From Hypanus sabinus (lineage: Eukaryota): a stretch of DNA of 64,000 bases. Below, piece by piece: positions 50,900-62,052 of this stretch (the stretch's first letter is position 1; each line of letters begins with the position of its first letter). The notes under the pieces were generated by a model. That model searched no databases and was not told where the DNA came from. It saw nothing but the letters and a program-made list of their open reading frames with translations. Both the position numbers and the translations under genes were made by a program. The stretch covers positions 10,726,001 to 10,790,000 of the forward strand of contig NC_082731.1 in the NCBI RefSeq assembly GCF_030144855.1, in the 5' to 3' direction.

Positions 50900-53500
50900 T
50901 CAGGAAAAGGATAAAAAAGCACCCAATTGAATCAACCCCCGGAGCAATACGTCTTACCATCATCTATCTATATATATATAAAGAAAAAGAATCATGAACC
51001 ACCAATTCATATTTATATAGAATGAGATTGGAAGGAAACCATATAAAATAATTCAAATTAAATGATAATATTTGGCAAAAGCGCCCCATCTTCTCTCAAA
51101 ATCAAATCGGGGAACAAAAGTTCTACTACTAATGTTTTTTCCAAACATAGACATAACATTACTTGACAAAACCATTCAATTAATGTAGGGACAGAGGTAT
51201 CTTTTCATTTTAATAAAATAGCCCTTCTTGCCAATACTGTAACAAATGCAATTATATGTTGATCTGAAGATGAAATACCCTGAATATGATGCGGAACTAT
51301 TAAAAAACAATCAACCTATTTGGTTGTAAATTAATTTTCGGAGCTTTAGAAATTGTAGAAAATAAAGATTTCCAAAACAGGTTTAATGAAGAACATGACC
51401 AGAACATATATGACAAAGTAGCTACTTCAGAATTACACCTATTGCAGTCGTTGTCTATACTATGAAATATTTTAGATAGTCGCTCTTTTGTTAAATAATA
51501 ACAGTGAACAATTTTAAACTGAATTAAACAGTGATTGGCACATATAAAAGAAGAATTCATGTTTTTCAGAACTCACAACCAATCTTCATCAACAAAGGTC
51601 ATATTAAGTTCTCTCTCCCAATCTTGTTTAATCTTTAGTGAGAGGTTATCTTTCTGTAACAAAAATAAATTATAAATTCTGCTAATGGAACCTCTCATTA
51701 AAGGATTCAAATTCAAAATGGTATCCACCAAATCAGATTCTTGCAAATATGGAAACTTACATAAATATTGTTGTAAAAAATGTCTAACCTGAAGATATTG
51801 CAGAAAATGTGTATGAGGGAGAGAATTTTTGTTAATTAACTATTCAAAATCGACCTTCACAAAATAAATCTGTAAAAGAATGGATCCCTTTATTTCTCCA
51901 TAGGAGAAAAATGGTATCGGTTATTGAAGGTTCAAATAAATAGTTTCGACATAGAAACTAGACAACTTAAGTTGTTTTAAATTAAAAAAAATTGCAAAAC
52001 TGAAACCAAATCCATAAGAACTGTTTAATAACGGGGTAAAGATTTAATTTTGGAACTTTAGAGAGTTGTAAAGGTAATGGAGGTCCTAATATTGAGATTA
52101 AATGAAGTTGTTTAACAGCTTTTAATCCCAGATCAACCCATTGTAATTTGTGGCTCTTCTTGAGCCAATAGAGCCAAACACATAATTGTCTGATATTAAT
52201 AACCCAATAATACAGTCTTAAATTAGGAAGTACAATTCCACCATCTTTTTCTTTAGATTTTTGTAAATGATACTTTTTATTTCTTTGTCTCTTATTGTTC
52301 CAAATAAAGGAAGAAATAAGAGAGTCAGTTTGATTTAAAAAAATTTTAAAAAAAGTTAGGTATATTTTGGAAAATATATAATATTTTTAGGTAAAATCAT
52401 CATTTTCACATCACGGATATGACCAATTAAAGAGAGAGTAAGTGGATTCCAAATAGTTGTTTCATGGAGTCCATTACTATATTAGCTTTAGAAAGATTTT
52501 TATATTTTTTAGTAATTATAATACCAAATATTTAAAAGTATTAACAATTCTAAAAGGAATATCATTATATATAAAACTGGGGCAATTAATGGAAACAATT
52601 CACTTTTATTCAAGTTAATTTCTGATCCTGAAAATTTACCAAAATCTTTTAGTGTTTCCAAAAGAGTAGGAACTGAGTTCCTCAGGATTCAAAATAAAAA
52701 CCAAAAGATTATCTGCATAAAGAGAAATCTTTTGTATGGTTCCATTGATAGAGATACCATGGATATTTTTAGGTTCATGTAGTGTTTTAAATAATAAAAG
52801 CTTAATGGACATCCCTGTCTAGTACCACGAGAAAGTGAAAAAAGTGGACCTGAAATTATTAGCAATAACGGTGGCAATAGGATTCTTATAAATCATTTGA
52901 ATCCGCCTATTGAAATTATTACCAAAACCAATTTATTCTAATAATGCCACTCAACTCTAGCAAATGCCTTTTCTGTGTTGAGAGATAACAGATTGAGGTT
53001 GCTTAGATAATGGTGAATATATAATGTTCATCAAACTCTGAACATTAGAGAAAGGGTAACGGCCTATAATAAAGCCCGTTTGATCCATAGAGACGATTTA
53101 TAGTTAATATAGCTTTCAAGCAGTGAGCCATTATCTTAGAGAGAATTTTTCCATCCACATTTAATAGCGAAATAGGTCTATATGATGAAAATTCAGTAGG
53201 ATATTTATCTTTCTTAATGATTAAGGAAATAGATGATTCATAAAAAGGTGATAAACTGCCCTTCTCAATGGATTCATGAAATATTTCCAAAAGATTCAGA
53301 GAAAGTAATCTTACAATTTTTTTGTAAAATCCTACTGAACAACCATCAAGTCCAGGAGCTTTACCTGCTGATTGCATTAAGAAAATAGCTTTCTGAAATT
53401 CATGCTCAGTAATTGGAGCATCAAGCATCTGTTGATCTTCAGCAGAAATTTGAGGAAATTTAATATTGTGTTTAAAAAAAAGCCTTCAATTTGGAGGAAT
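50900..53500 (-). mobile_element. Older L1 ORF2, 3' half (split by the provirus)
   Basis: GKAPGLDG, YRPISLLNVDGKILSKI, LSRGTRQGCPLS, FKIVHCYY; heavily frameshifted. Confidence 0.82.
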
Positions 53501-53508
53501 TATTGGAG

Positions 53509-53670
53509 TATTGGAGTATAGAAATATTATGGAGTATAAAACTTGTATCGTTTGCTGTGTAACCAGTCAGTCTGCTATGCATGTACCCAATTTAGTAGAA
53601 TGAAGTCTTAGGAATGTAGAAGACAATAGTATGTTAATGGGAGGTAGCTAAATAAATGTTATCTGCTATG
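53509..53670 (+). repeat. Extra partial copy of the LTR U3 start
   Basis: About 162 bp matching the first part of both full LTRs with 3-4 substitutions. Confidence 0.88.
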
Positions 53671-53676
53671 ATGGAG

Positions 53677-54234
53677 TATTGGAGTATAAAAATATTATGG
53701 AGTATAAAACTTGTATCGTTTGCTGTGAAACCAGTCAGTCTGCTATGCATGTACCCAATTTAGTAGAATGAAGTCTTAGGAATGTAGAAGACAATAGTAT
53801 GTTAATGAGAGGTAGCTAAAGAAATGTTATCTGCTATGCATGTACCCAAGATGAAATGCTAGGAATATAGAAGACAATGGTGTGTTAATATATGTTAATG
53901 AAAGGTAGCTAAGAGATGTAGTCAGCTTTGAAGTTTGCTGTTTGCTATGAATGTACCCAATTTAGTAGGAGAATGAAATCTTAAGAATGTAGAAGATGGT
54001 GTGTTGGTGAGAGACAGCTGGGAGATGTGGATTCGAACATGATTAAGTCAATGGGACGTACGTGTGAAACTGGACCAGGATTTTGCTATAAAAAATGCTA
54101 TGTCCAAGGATCGGTGGGCAATCAGCGACAAGCTCACTGACTGTCTCAGCTTTGATTTGCAAATTAAAGTTTAACCCTTCTTGACGAATCTTCTGCGTCT
54201 CCTGGTCATTTGTGAGGCACGAAAAACCACGACA
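53677..54234 (+). repeat. 5' LTR (558 bp)
   Basis: Same length as 61495-62052 with 5 substitutions by manual comparison; TATAAAAA near 54087, ATTAAA near 54162; ends ...CCACGACA. Confidence 0.92.
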
Positions 54235-54238
54235 TAAT

Positions 54239-54256
54239 TGGCGACCGCGGCAGGAC
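54239..54256 (+). promoter_or_regulatory. Primer-binding site, tRNA-Arg(TCG)-type
   Basis: TGGCGACCGCGGCAGGAC is complementary to the recalled 3' end GTCCTGCCGCGGTCG-CCA of vertebrate tRNA-Arg(TCG); 4 nt after the LTR. Confidence 0.8.
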
Positions 54257-54594
54257 CGGATAGAGACTCACGGAAAGCAAACGGCAGATTGGGAACACTT
54301 CCCAGTCCTCCAGGGACCCCCACAAGGCTAACAGAATTAAGGGTGCACCCAAACACAAAGTAAGCGCTTTTGCGACAATTTGGACTAAGAATTCTGTTGG
54401 CTTTGGGGAGGTCTTGGAGTCTCAGAAGTGTGGAACCACTGCCGAAGCGTCTCTCCGGTCCAAAGAATCTGGCAGAATTGGGGGTTAACAGAGGAGGCTC
54501 AGAGGATTGATCAAGAACACTGCAGTGAAGGTAAGTACAAATAAGTTAATAAGAAGTTAAGAAAAAGTTCACGTGGTGTTGGTAAATCCCTGTG

Positions 54595-55070
54595 GGTACC
54601 GCTTCGTACGAAACGAAGGGCTGAACGGGCAGGGAAAGTAGAGTAGAAAATCCTCGTGGATACCGCCTTAAGAGATAAGGGTCTGAACGGGCGAGGTGTT
54701 TAGAGTAGAAAATCCTCGTGGATACCGCCTTAAGAGATAAAGGTCTGAACGGGCGAGGTGTTTCGAGTAGAAAATCCTCGTGGATACCGCCTTAAGAGAT
54801 AAAGGTCTGAACGGGCGAGGTGTTTAGAGTAGAAAATTCTTGTGGATACCGCCTTTTGAGATAAGGGTCTGAACGGGCGAGGTGTTTAGAGTAGAAAATC
54901 CTTGTGGATACCGCCTTATGAGATAAGGGTCTGAACGGGCGAGGAGTTTAGAGTAGAAAATCCTCGTGGATACCGCCTTAAGAGATAAGGGTCTAAACGG
55001 GCGAGGTGTTTAGAGAAAGTTCTATGGGTACCGCTCTGAAAAGAGGTCTGCACGGGCAGAACAGAATAGA
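54595..55070 (+). repeat. 62-bp tandem array (~7.5 units) in the ERV leader
   Basis: Unit GGATACCGCCTTAAGAGATAAGGGTCTGAACGGGCGAGGTGTTTAGAGTAGAAAATCCTCGT recurs at 54658, 54720, 54782, 54844, 54906, 54968. Confidence 0.95.
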
Positions 55071-55108
55071 CTTGGCATAGAATTAGAGTAAGTTTAGTTA
55101 AGAGGAAG

Positions 55109-55212
55109 TCCATGTGGTGTTATAGGAAGAAAAAGTCCACATGGTGTTAGACTAGGAGGAAAAGGTCCATGTGGTGTTATAGGAAGAAAAATTCCACATG
55201 GTGTTAGACTAG
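55109..55212 (+). repeat. Second short tandem repeat (~57-bp period, 2 units) in the ERV leader
   Basis: GTCCATGTGGTGTTATAGGAAGAAAAA(G/T)TCCACATGGTGTTAGACTAGG repeated. Confidence 0.85.
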
Positions 55213-55289
55213 GCGTAGAATTAGAGCAAGTAATATTATCCAGTAAAAGAACAGTGAATCTCTGAAATACCTTAAAAAGAGAGAATAAC

Positions 55290-57252
55290 ATGACAGGTAG
55301 AGGGACGGCAGTAGAGATTCTGAGCAAAAATTCCCGTTAATTAATAATGAGATCACAAAAACTTCAGAAAAATGGGAAAAAAAGAACCAATAACCTGGTC
55401 ACAAAGTGGCCAAGAGAAGGAACGTTTGATGTAAGTTGGTGCGAAGAAATGGAGGGACTAATTAAAAATTACAAACCAAAAGATAAATCTAAGAAAAGAG
55501 AGCAAAAAAGAGAACGAGAAATGGAAGTGCTAAAACTCTTCAGAACGGAGGGAGAAAGGCTGAGGAAGACAGGTAGAATATTGATTACAAGCGAGGAAGA
55601 CATTAAGGTGCTGGAGAAACAGGCTGTTAGAGAGAGAGGAGGCTACGGTGAGAAGCTGACTTCGGCTCCGTACCCGGATGCGACAGAAACAGAAAAACCA
55701 CCTCCCTAGAATGAGGAAGGAACCCCTAAGCAGTGCCCCCTGCTGACGGGAACAGTAAACATGCAGGGAGAAGTCCAAGTTTGGGATAATGAGGAGGAAA
55801 CAAAAAACAATATGAGAAGGAAAAAGCGGTGATATGGAAGGAGATACAGGCAGAAAAGATGAAGATAGAACAGGTACAGAGAGAAATGCAAGAACAGATT
55901 GAACGGATGAAAGAGTTGAGAGAGGAAAAGGAATATGAGGAGTATCGGTTATACTATAGAAATAAACAGACTAGAAAAGAAGGTGACTCATTGGAGGAGC
56001 AAGAGTTAAGTAGAGAGAGAGCCAGATACGTTACTAAGAGGGGGTTGCCAGAAGAGATGCGAAAAATACTCCAGGGGCCAACCAAGTATTGAATTAAGAC
56101 AGAAAGAAAGGACTCCACAGGGAGACTGAGGGAAGAAGAGACCCCCGGAGACATTTGTGTGGGAGGCAGTAAAGACATACCCTGAGACAGATGGGGAGTC
56201 AGGTGAGGAGGAGAGCCAGGGCAGTTGGGAAGAAGGAGGAAGAATGATGCCGTTGTTAGTAAAAGGATCAGGACAAGTGCAGTATATTCCTTGGGGATCC
56301 CAGGACGTATAAGGGCTGAAAAACACTCTGCCCAATCTACGTGAAGGAGCAGGGAAATGGATTAGAGCCTTTGAAGAAGAAACAGCGGGACGATTATTGG
56401 CTATGGGAGATTTGAAGGCACTGTTGATGAGGTTGATGGGAACCTCCAAATTTAAAGAACTAATGGAAATGGCTGGCATAGTAAACTCAAATGACCCAAG
56501 AACTAATGGAGATGGGTTTGACAGAATGAGGCAGAGGGTATGGCAGGCCCTCAGAAAGCTTTATCCACCCAAAGTGGACCCAAAAGCCTTAAAAGGGGAT
56601 CCACTGGGAGACACTGAAAACCCAGCAGCCTGTGTAGAAAACCAGTTGAAAAGGTGGAGACTGGAGACTGAGCAAGAGGTGGAGAATAGCTTATCACCAC
56701 ACTGTTCCGGCATAGCATTCGGGATGCAATGCCTCCGCAAGTAAAATCCAAACTGGAGGAAGTGGTTGGGCTAACGTCAAAGACCCCACAAGAATTTAGA
56801 GACCACGTAGTCCATGCGGTTGAGAAATACCGAAAAGACAAACGAAGGTTGGCTGAGCAGCAGGAAGAGGTGCAAAGAAAGTTAATACAAATGCAGCTTG
56901 AAGAACTCAAAAAGAAGGAAAAAGAGAAAAGCAAAAAATGCTGCCAGCAACTACCGGTCCGAGTACAGCCATTGAACTGGACAAAGCACTGCTATATGGG
57001 GGAACCGATCATACTGTAAGACAAGGGCTGGAAAACCCCATGCCAATAAACGTCTTTGGGGGAGCATTCCCACAAATGCCCTATCAGGAACAGACTAAAT
57101 TCAAACAGCCCAGACAGGATGGGAAGTTCTAAGGAGGGGGACAGAGAAGCTATGGGCAAAGGGGACCAGTGAGGAAACAGGGGAAAAGAGAAGTAGAGAG
57201 ATTGTGCTGGGAATGTAATCAGCCAGGTCACATGAAAAGAGATTGTCCGTTT
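55290..57252 (+). pseudogene. gag: ERV gag (MA, CA, NC), disrupted
   Basis: KWPREGTFD matrix-like segment, capsid-like pieces at 56222-57019, zinc knuckle CWECNQPGHMKRDCP at ~57205-57250; several stops and frameshifts. Confidence 0.82.
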
Positions 57253-58752
57253 ACACTATGGCATGTCAGGAAAGTTTATTAAGACGATAGGGTTCTCGGG
57301 GAAAACACAGTTGACACAGTGCACGGCTCCAGTGCGCTTGAGAATAGGAAATAAAGAAATTGTTTTGCCGGTGCTAGTATTTAAAGGAACTCCCAATTAA
57401 TTTGTTAGGCAGAGATGCTTTATTGAAATTGGAATTAAAATCAGAATGCACCAGAAATGGGCTGAGTGTGGAAAGAGCAGGGGCTCAATTGATAGTGCGA
57501 GAAAACAAGAAGGCTAATGTCTTTTGGATAGGAGATATCGCAGATCAGATTCAGGAAACCTGGGAGAAATGGAAAGAGGGCGTGCAGGCTATATTACCCA
57601 GGGCTGTAATGCCGAAATCTGAGCTACATTGTACAGTGATTTTTGACGAAACTCAGAACAGGGATTTAGAGCAGAAATGGCACCTAGAGGCGTGTACCCA
57701 GTAGCGCTGGAAGGGGAGGCTGTGATAATTGGAAAGCAAGGGGCAGCTTTACAAGTTAAATGAACACCTTTTTAGACAAATGGTTACAGGAAACCGGAGG
57801 CTGCGCCCCACGTAACGTTATTGGTAAACATGGGATATCAGTCTAAAGACTTAGGACCCTTAGTTAAGAGTGCTGAAACCGTAACAGTGTGGAGGAAAGT
57901 CACGCCAGAGGTGTGGATATCAGAAGACAACAATTGCATTAAAATAATGGTAAGTGTAGATATGGTAGGGACAGTGAGAGAGGTCGAAATAACTCCCCAA
58001 CCACACATGCCCTTGCTGGGAAAGGAAAGAGGCCAGCAGAAAGATAAAAGGTTAGATCAGTTGCCGTCTATTCTGTGGTCACAGCATGACACGGACGTAA
58101 GGAAAATAAAAACTGCTAGTCTGGTGGAAATAAGGCTGAAAAGGGGAGCAATTCCACAGTGCAGGGGTTGCTTGAAATAGGAGTGCTTAAAAGAACAAAC
58201 AGTCCATGCAATACCCCGTTGCTGCCGGTTTTAAAAGCAGATAAATCTAAGTGGAGATTGGTGCATGATTTGCGAGCGGTAAATGATGTGGTGGAGGACT
58301 GGCCAGCGGTAGTCCCCAACCCACACACGCTTTTGACTAATGTTCCACCAGAAGCAAGTTACTTTTCAGTGATTGATTTGTGTTCGGCTTTCTTCAGCAT
58401 TCCTCTAGCCCACCAGTGTCAGTATTTGTTTGCATTTACTTACAGAGGTATACCTATACCAGAATGCCACAAGGATTTAAACATTCGCCACATGTTTTTA
58501 ATCAGGTATTGAAGGCAGACCTAGAGGGTATGCCATTGGAAAGTACATTGTTACAGTATGTGGATGACCTGTTGATTTGCTCCCACAGCAAGGAACAGTG
58601 TGAGCAGGACACTATACCTCTGTTAGAGAAGCTAGCGCACGGAGGACATAAAGTATCCAGAAAGAAACTGCAATTTTGCACACAACAAGTGGAATACTTA
58701 GGCAGGGTAATATCCAAGGGAGTGAAGGCACTAGCACCAGATCAGATACAAG
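57253..58752 (+). pseudogene. pol: ERV pro-pol: partial protease, 2H-like insert, RT (truncated)
   Basis: Protease flap KTIGFSG and GRDALLKL (DTG active site missing); LHCTV and PHVTL motifs; RT NSPCNTPLLPV, WRLVHDLRAVN, IDLCSAFFSIP, YTRMPQGF, QYVDDLL; deletion after APDQIQ removes connection and RNase H. Confidence 0.88.
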
Positions 58753-59779
58753 CTGGTAGTAATTGATCGATTTAGCAGATGGGGGGCGGGGGGGGGCGGT
58801 ACGTTCAAAAGATCAAGGGGCAAAGACAGTGGTAAAATTTCTGACAAATGAAGTGATCCCAAGGTTTGGAATACCTACAGAAGTTAGCTCAGACAATGGT
58901 TCAGCTTTTATCCAGAAAGTGGTCAAACTGGTACGACAGGCGCTGAGGATAAAGCAAAGATTTGGATGTGTATACCACCCTCAGTCGCAGGGCATTGTAG
59001 AAAGAATTAATGGAACCCTAAAAGCCAAACTAAACAAAATTTGTGCAGACACTAAACTTAATTGGGTCGATGCTTTACCGTTAGCATTGATGAGTTACCG
59101 CATGCGAAATAATCGAATCACATGCCTGACACCGCATGAGATGCTCACTGGGAGGCCCATGCCAGTGCCCCAGCGGAGAGGGCCGTATAAGGGACCTAGT
59201 TTGGAACAATTGGAAATAGAATTGAAACAATACATGCAGCAGCTAACTATGATACATAGGTCTATTTATGCCCAGGAAAAACAGGAAGAGCCGGAGACCA
59301 TACAAGGGGAAGGACCGATTAAAACAGGAGACCAGGTTTACGTGCGAGTTTTTCGGAGAAAGTGGAACGAGCCAAGAAGGGACGGACCCTTTACGGTAAC
59401 CAAGGCATCACCCACCGCAGTTCAGGTAGAAGGCCGCTCCACCTGGTACCATCTGAACCATTGCACAAGGGCAATCCTACAAGGGCAATCAGGTGAAGTG
59501 TCCGAGGTAAGTGATGCGGAAGAGCAGTTAGCAGGAGACAGACGGGGGAAACAAGAAGCTGACACTGCACCGCAGGAGTTTGATCGATTAGTAAGGGAGA
59601 TTTTTGATTCTGCGGATGGGCCGCAAGACCCCCAGGATGTGGTGGTGGATAGCAGGGCTTCTTCAGATAATGTGGATGAGCTGGGAATGACCAGTTGTGT
59701 CCCTGGGGACAGAGCACCCACAAACTCTAGTGCAGACTTGGGAACCATTAGTGGGGCAGATATGGAATGGGACTGGTAA
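58753..59779 (+). pseudogene. pol: ERV integrase core and C-terminus with acidic extension
   Basis: LVVIDRFSRW, IPRFGIP..VSSDNGSAF, YHPQSQGIVERINGTLK, GPFTV; N-terminal HHCC and first catalytic Asp deleted. Confidence 0.85.
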
Positions 59780-61242
59780 CCTACAGAAAAGAAGTAAAAG
59801 GAGCACGACACTTACCTCCTCACCATGGTTAAAGACACGTACTAATCAGTGGTATCAATGGGCAACATACACGGCAGAAATGATGAAGAGACAAAATTGT
59901 TACCTGTGCTCAAGGGAAAACCCCACTCAGCATGTAGTTCCCATGCCTTATAACTCCTCCACTCCTCCACGCAGTGGCGAAGAGAGCACAGGGAACAATG
60001 CGAACGACAGTGTCCAGGTCCGGTTAGGGCTTGTTTCATGAGGATTTGCGTTAAAGCAGATCCCTGCTATCAAAACTGTCTAAACAATGCACCAATGTGC
60101 CCCTATTGGTGTATGCTATATCAGGCTTCCTCGCAGTTTGATCAAAGCAAGATTGCCTCTGAATGCAATTACAGCAGACCATGGGCTATAAATAAAAGAA
60201 GCCAGACACCTACACTGCAACAGCTTATAATGCAGGACCATCTGAGTTATGAATGTTTCATGCGGGTGGCACTCACCCGGTTGGCCACTTCAGAGGCAAC
60301 TGCACTCAGACGTGGGATGTAACCCCAGGTAAAAGACACTTGACGGGTTCCCCTCCTCTTGAGGGTGCAATGGACTCTCAGACTATCCCATTAGCAGACA
60401 CTTGGCGGCTGTGTGGACAGGAAGGTTGTCTGAGATCTACGCTCCCCCTCAGGTGGGAAGGAACATGTACGCGTGTCATGCTGCTTCAGGAAGTTATAGT
60501 GTCCCCTGAAGTACAGTCCAATGCTAACTTCCTTGAGCAGCGGACTCTGCTACGGCAGAAGAGAAAATATGACCCGGACCCGACAATCCGGATTGACAGT
60601 ATAGGGCAGCCGAGAGGTATACCTAACGAATTCAAGGCTCGAAATGAGATTGCTGCAGGCTGGGAAGCTATTATACCTGTGATAGGGGTAAGCAAAAATG
60701 TTGAATGGATAAACTATATATACTATAATCAGCAGAGATTCATCAACTATACCGATGATGCACTGGAGGCCTTAGGGCAACAGCTAGATGCAACTAGCAG
60801 GATGGCGTGGCAAAACAGACAGGTACTGGATTGGCTTTTGGCAGAAAAAAGGTGGGTGTGTGTAATGTTTGGAGAACAATGCTTCACTTTCATACCGAAC
60901 AATACTAGCCCAGAAGGATCATTTACTAAAGCAATGAATAAATTAAAGAATCTGCGGATGGAGGTCAAACAGAATGCAGGATTTGAACATCAGTTTTTTG
61001 ATTGGTTAGAAAGTAGACTCGGAGGTTGGGGAGCATGGCTGACTAAAATAGCAATAACTGTCGGTATTGTATTGTTGAGCTGTGCGTTTTGTGCTGTGCT
61101 GTTTTCTTCCTTGTCTCAAATCTCTTGTAGTGCGTGCTGCAACCAAACAATTTCCGATGCTCGTGGCAATTACTTAAGCAAGCTTAGTGGAGAAAGAAAC
61201 ACCGAAAATGTATCGTTACAGCCTACAAAACCTGCAGGATGA
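59697..61242 (+). pseudogene. env: ERV env, frameshifted in SU; TM region open
   Basis: RSKR, NCYLC, furin site RQKR, immunosuppressive-domain-like QNRQVLDWLLAEK, C-X6-C (CVMFGEQCF), hydrophobic anchor IAITVGIVLLSCAFCAVLF. Confidence 0.88.
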
Positions 61243-61482
61243 ACAAGAGCAAAACGACAGTGTGGGAGTAGATTGTAAGGGCTTATGAGTCTTTTTCCCC
61301 GTCTCAGGTACAAAGGGACAGGTTTTTGGCTCAGCGGCCTAGGGTAACAGGGAGAGAATACTTTGAGGTCTTGGCACAGAAAATTATAGTTTAACCCGAG
61401 ATTTGGGAATAAATGCTTGAGATTATTGGGGCTTTTGTGCGCGGACTCTTAGTCTTTCTTTGAGTGAGACCCTCTGGGTCTC

Positions 61483-61492
61483 AAAGGGGAAA
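61483..61492 (+). promoter_or_regulatory. Polypurine tract
   Basis: AAAGGGGAAA 2 nt before the 3' LTR. Confidence 0.7.
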
Positions 61493-61494
61493 TA

Positions 61495-62052
61495 TATTGG
61501 AGTATAAAAATATTATGGAGTATAAAACTTGTATCGTTTGCTGTGTAACCAGTCAGTCTGCTATGCATGTACCCAATTTAGTAGAATGAAGTCTTAGGAA
61601 TGTAGAAGACAATAGTATGTTAATGAGAGGTAGCTAAAGAAATGTTATCTGCTATGCATGTACCCAAGATGAAATGCTAGGAATATAGAAGACAATGGTG
61701 TGTTAATATATGTTAATGAAAGGTAGCTAAGAGATGTAGTCAGCTTTGAAGTTTGCTGTTTGCTATGAATGTACCCAATTTAGTAGGAGAATGAAATCTT
61801 AAGAATGTAGAAGATGGTGTGTTGGTGAGAGACAGCTGGGAGATGTGGATTCGAACATGATTAAGTCAATGGGACGTACGTGTGAAACTGGACCAGGATT
61901 TTGCTATAAAAAATGCTATGTCCAAGGATCGGTGGGCAATCAGCGACTAGCTCACTGAATGTCTCAGCTTTGATTTGCAAATTAAAGTTTAACCCTTCTT
62001 GAAGAATCTTCTGCGTCTCCTGGTCATTTGCGAGGCACGAAAAACCACGACA
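61495..62052 (+). repeat. 3' LTR (558 bp)
   Basis: About 99% identical to 53677-54234. Confidence 0.92.

Larger units (their letters stand above)
53509..62052 (+). mobile_element. Defective epsilon-like (class I) endogenous retrovirus provirus
   Basis: LTR-PBS-leader-gag-pro-pol-env-PPT-LTR order; YVDD RT; gamma-type env TM; inserted inside an L1 ORF2. Confidence 0.92.

Noticed and set aside
54595-55070. CRISPR-like appearance of the regular repeats
   Set aside because: The units are contiguous and near-identical with no unique spacers, there are no cas genes, and the context is a vertebrate provirus leader.
56006-56934. Long minus-strand ORFs within the provirus
   Set aside because: Low-complexity antisense frames of purine-rich gag; no motifs support accessory genes.
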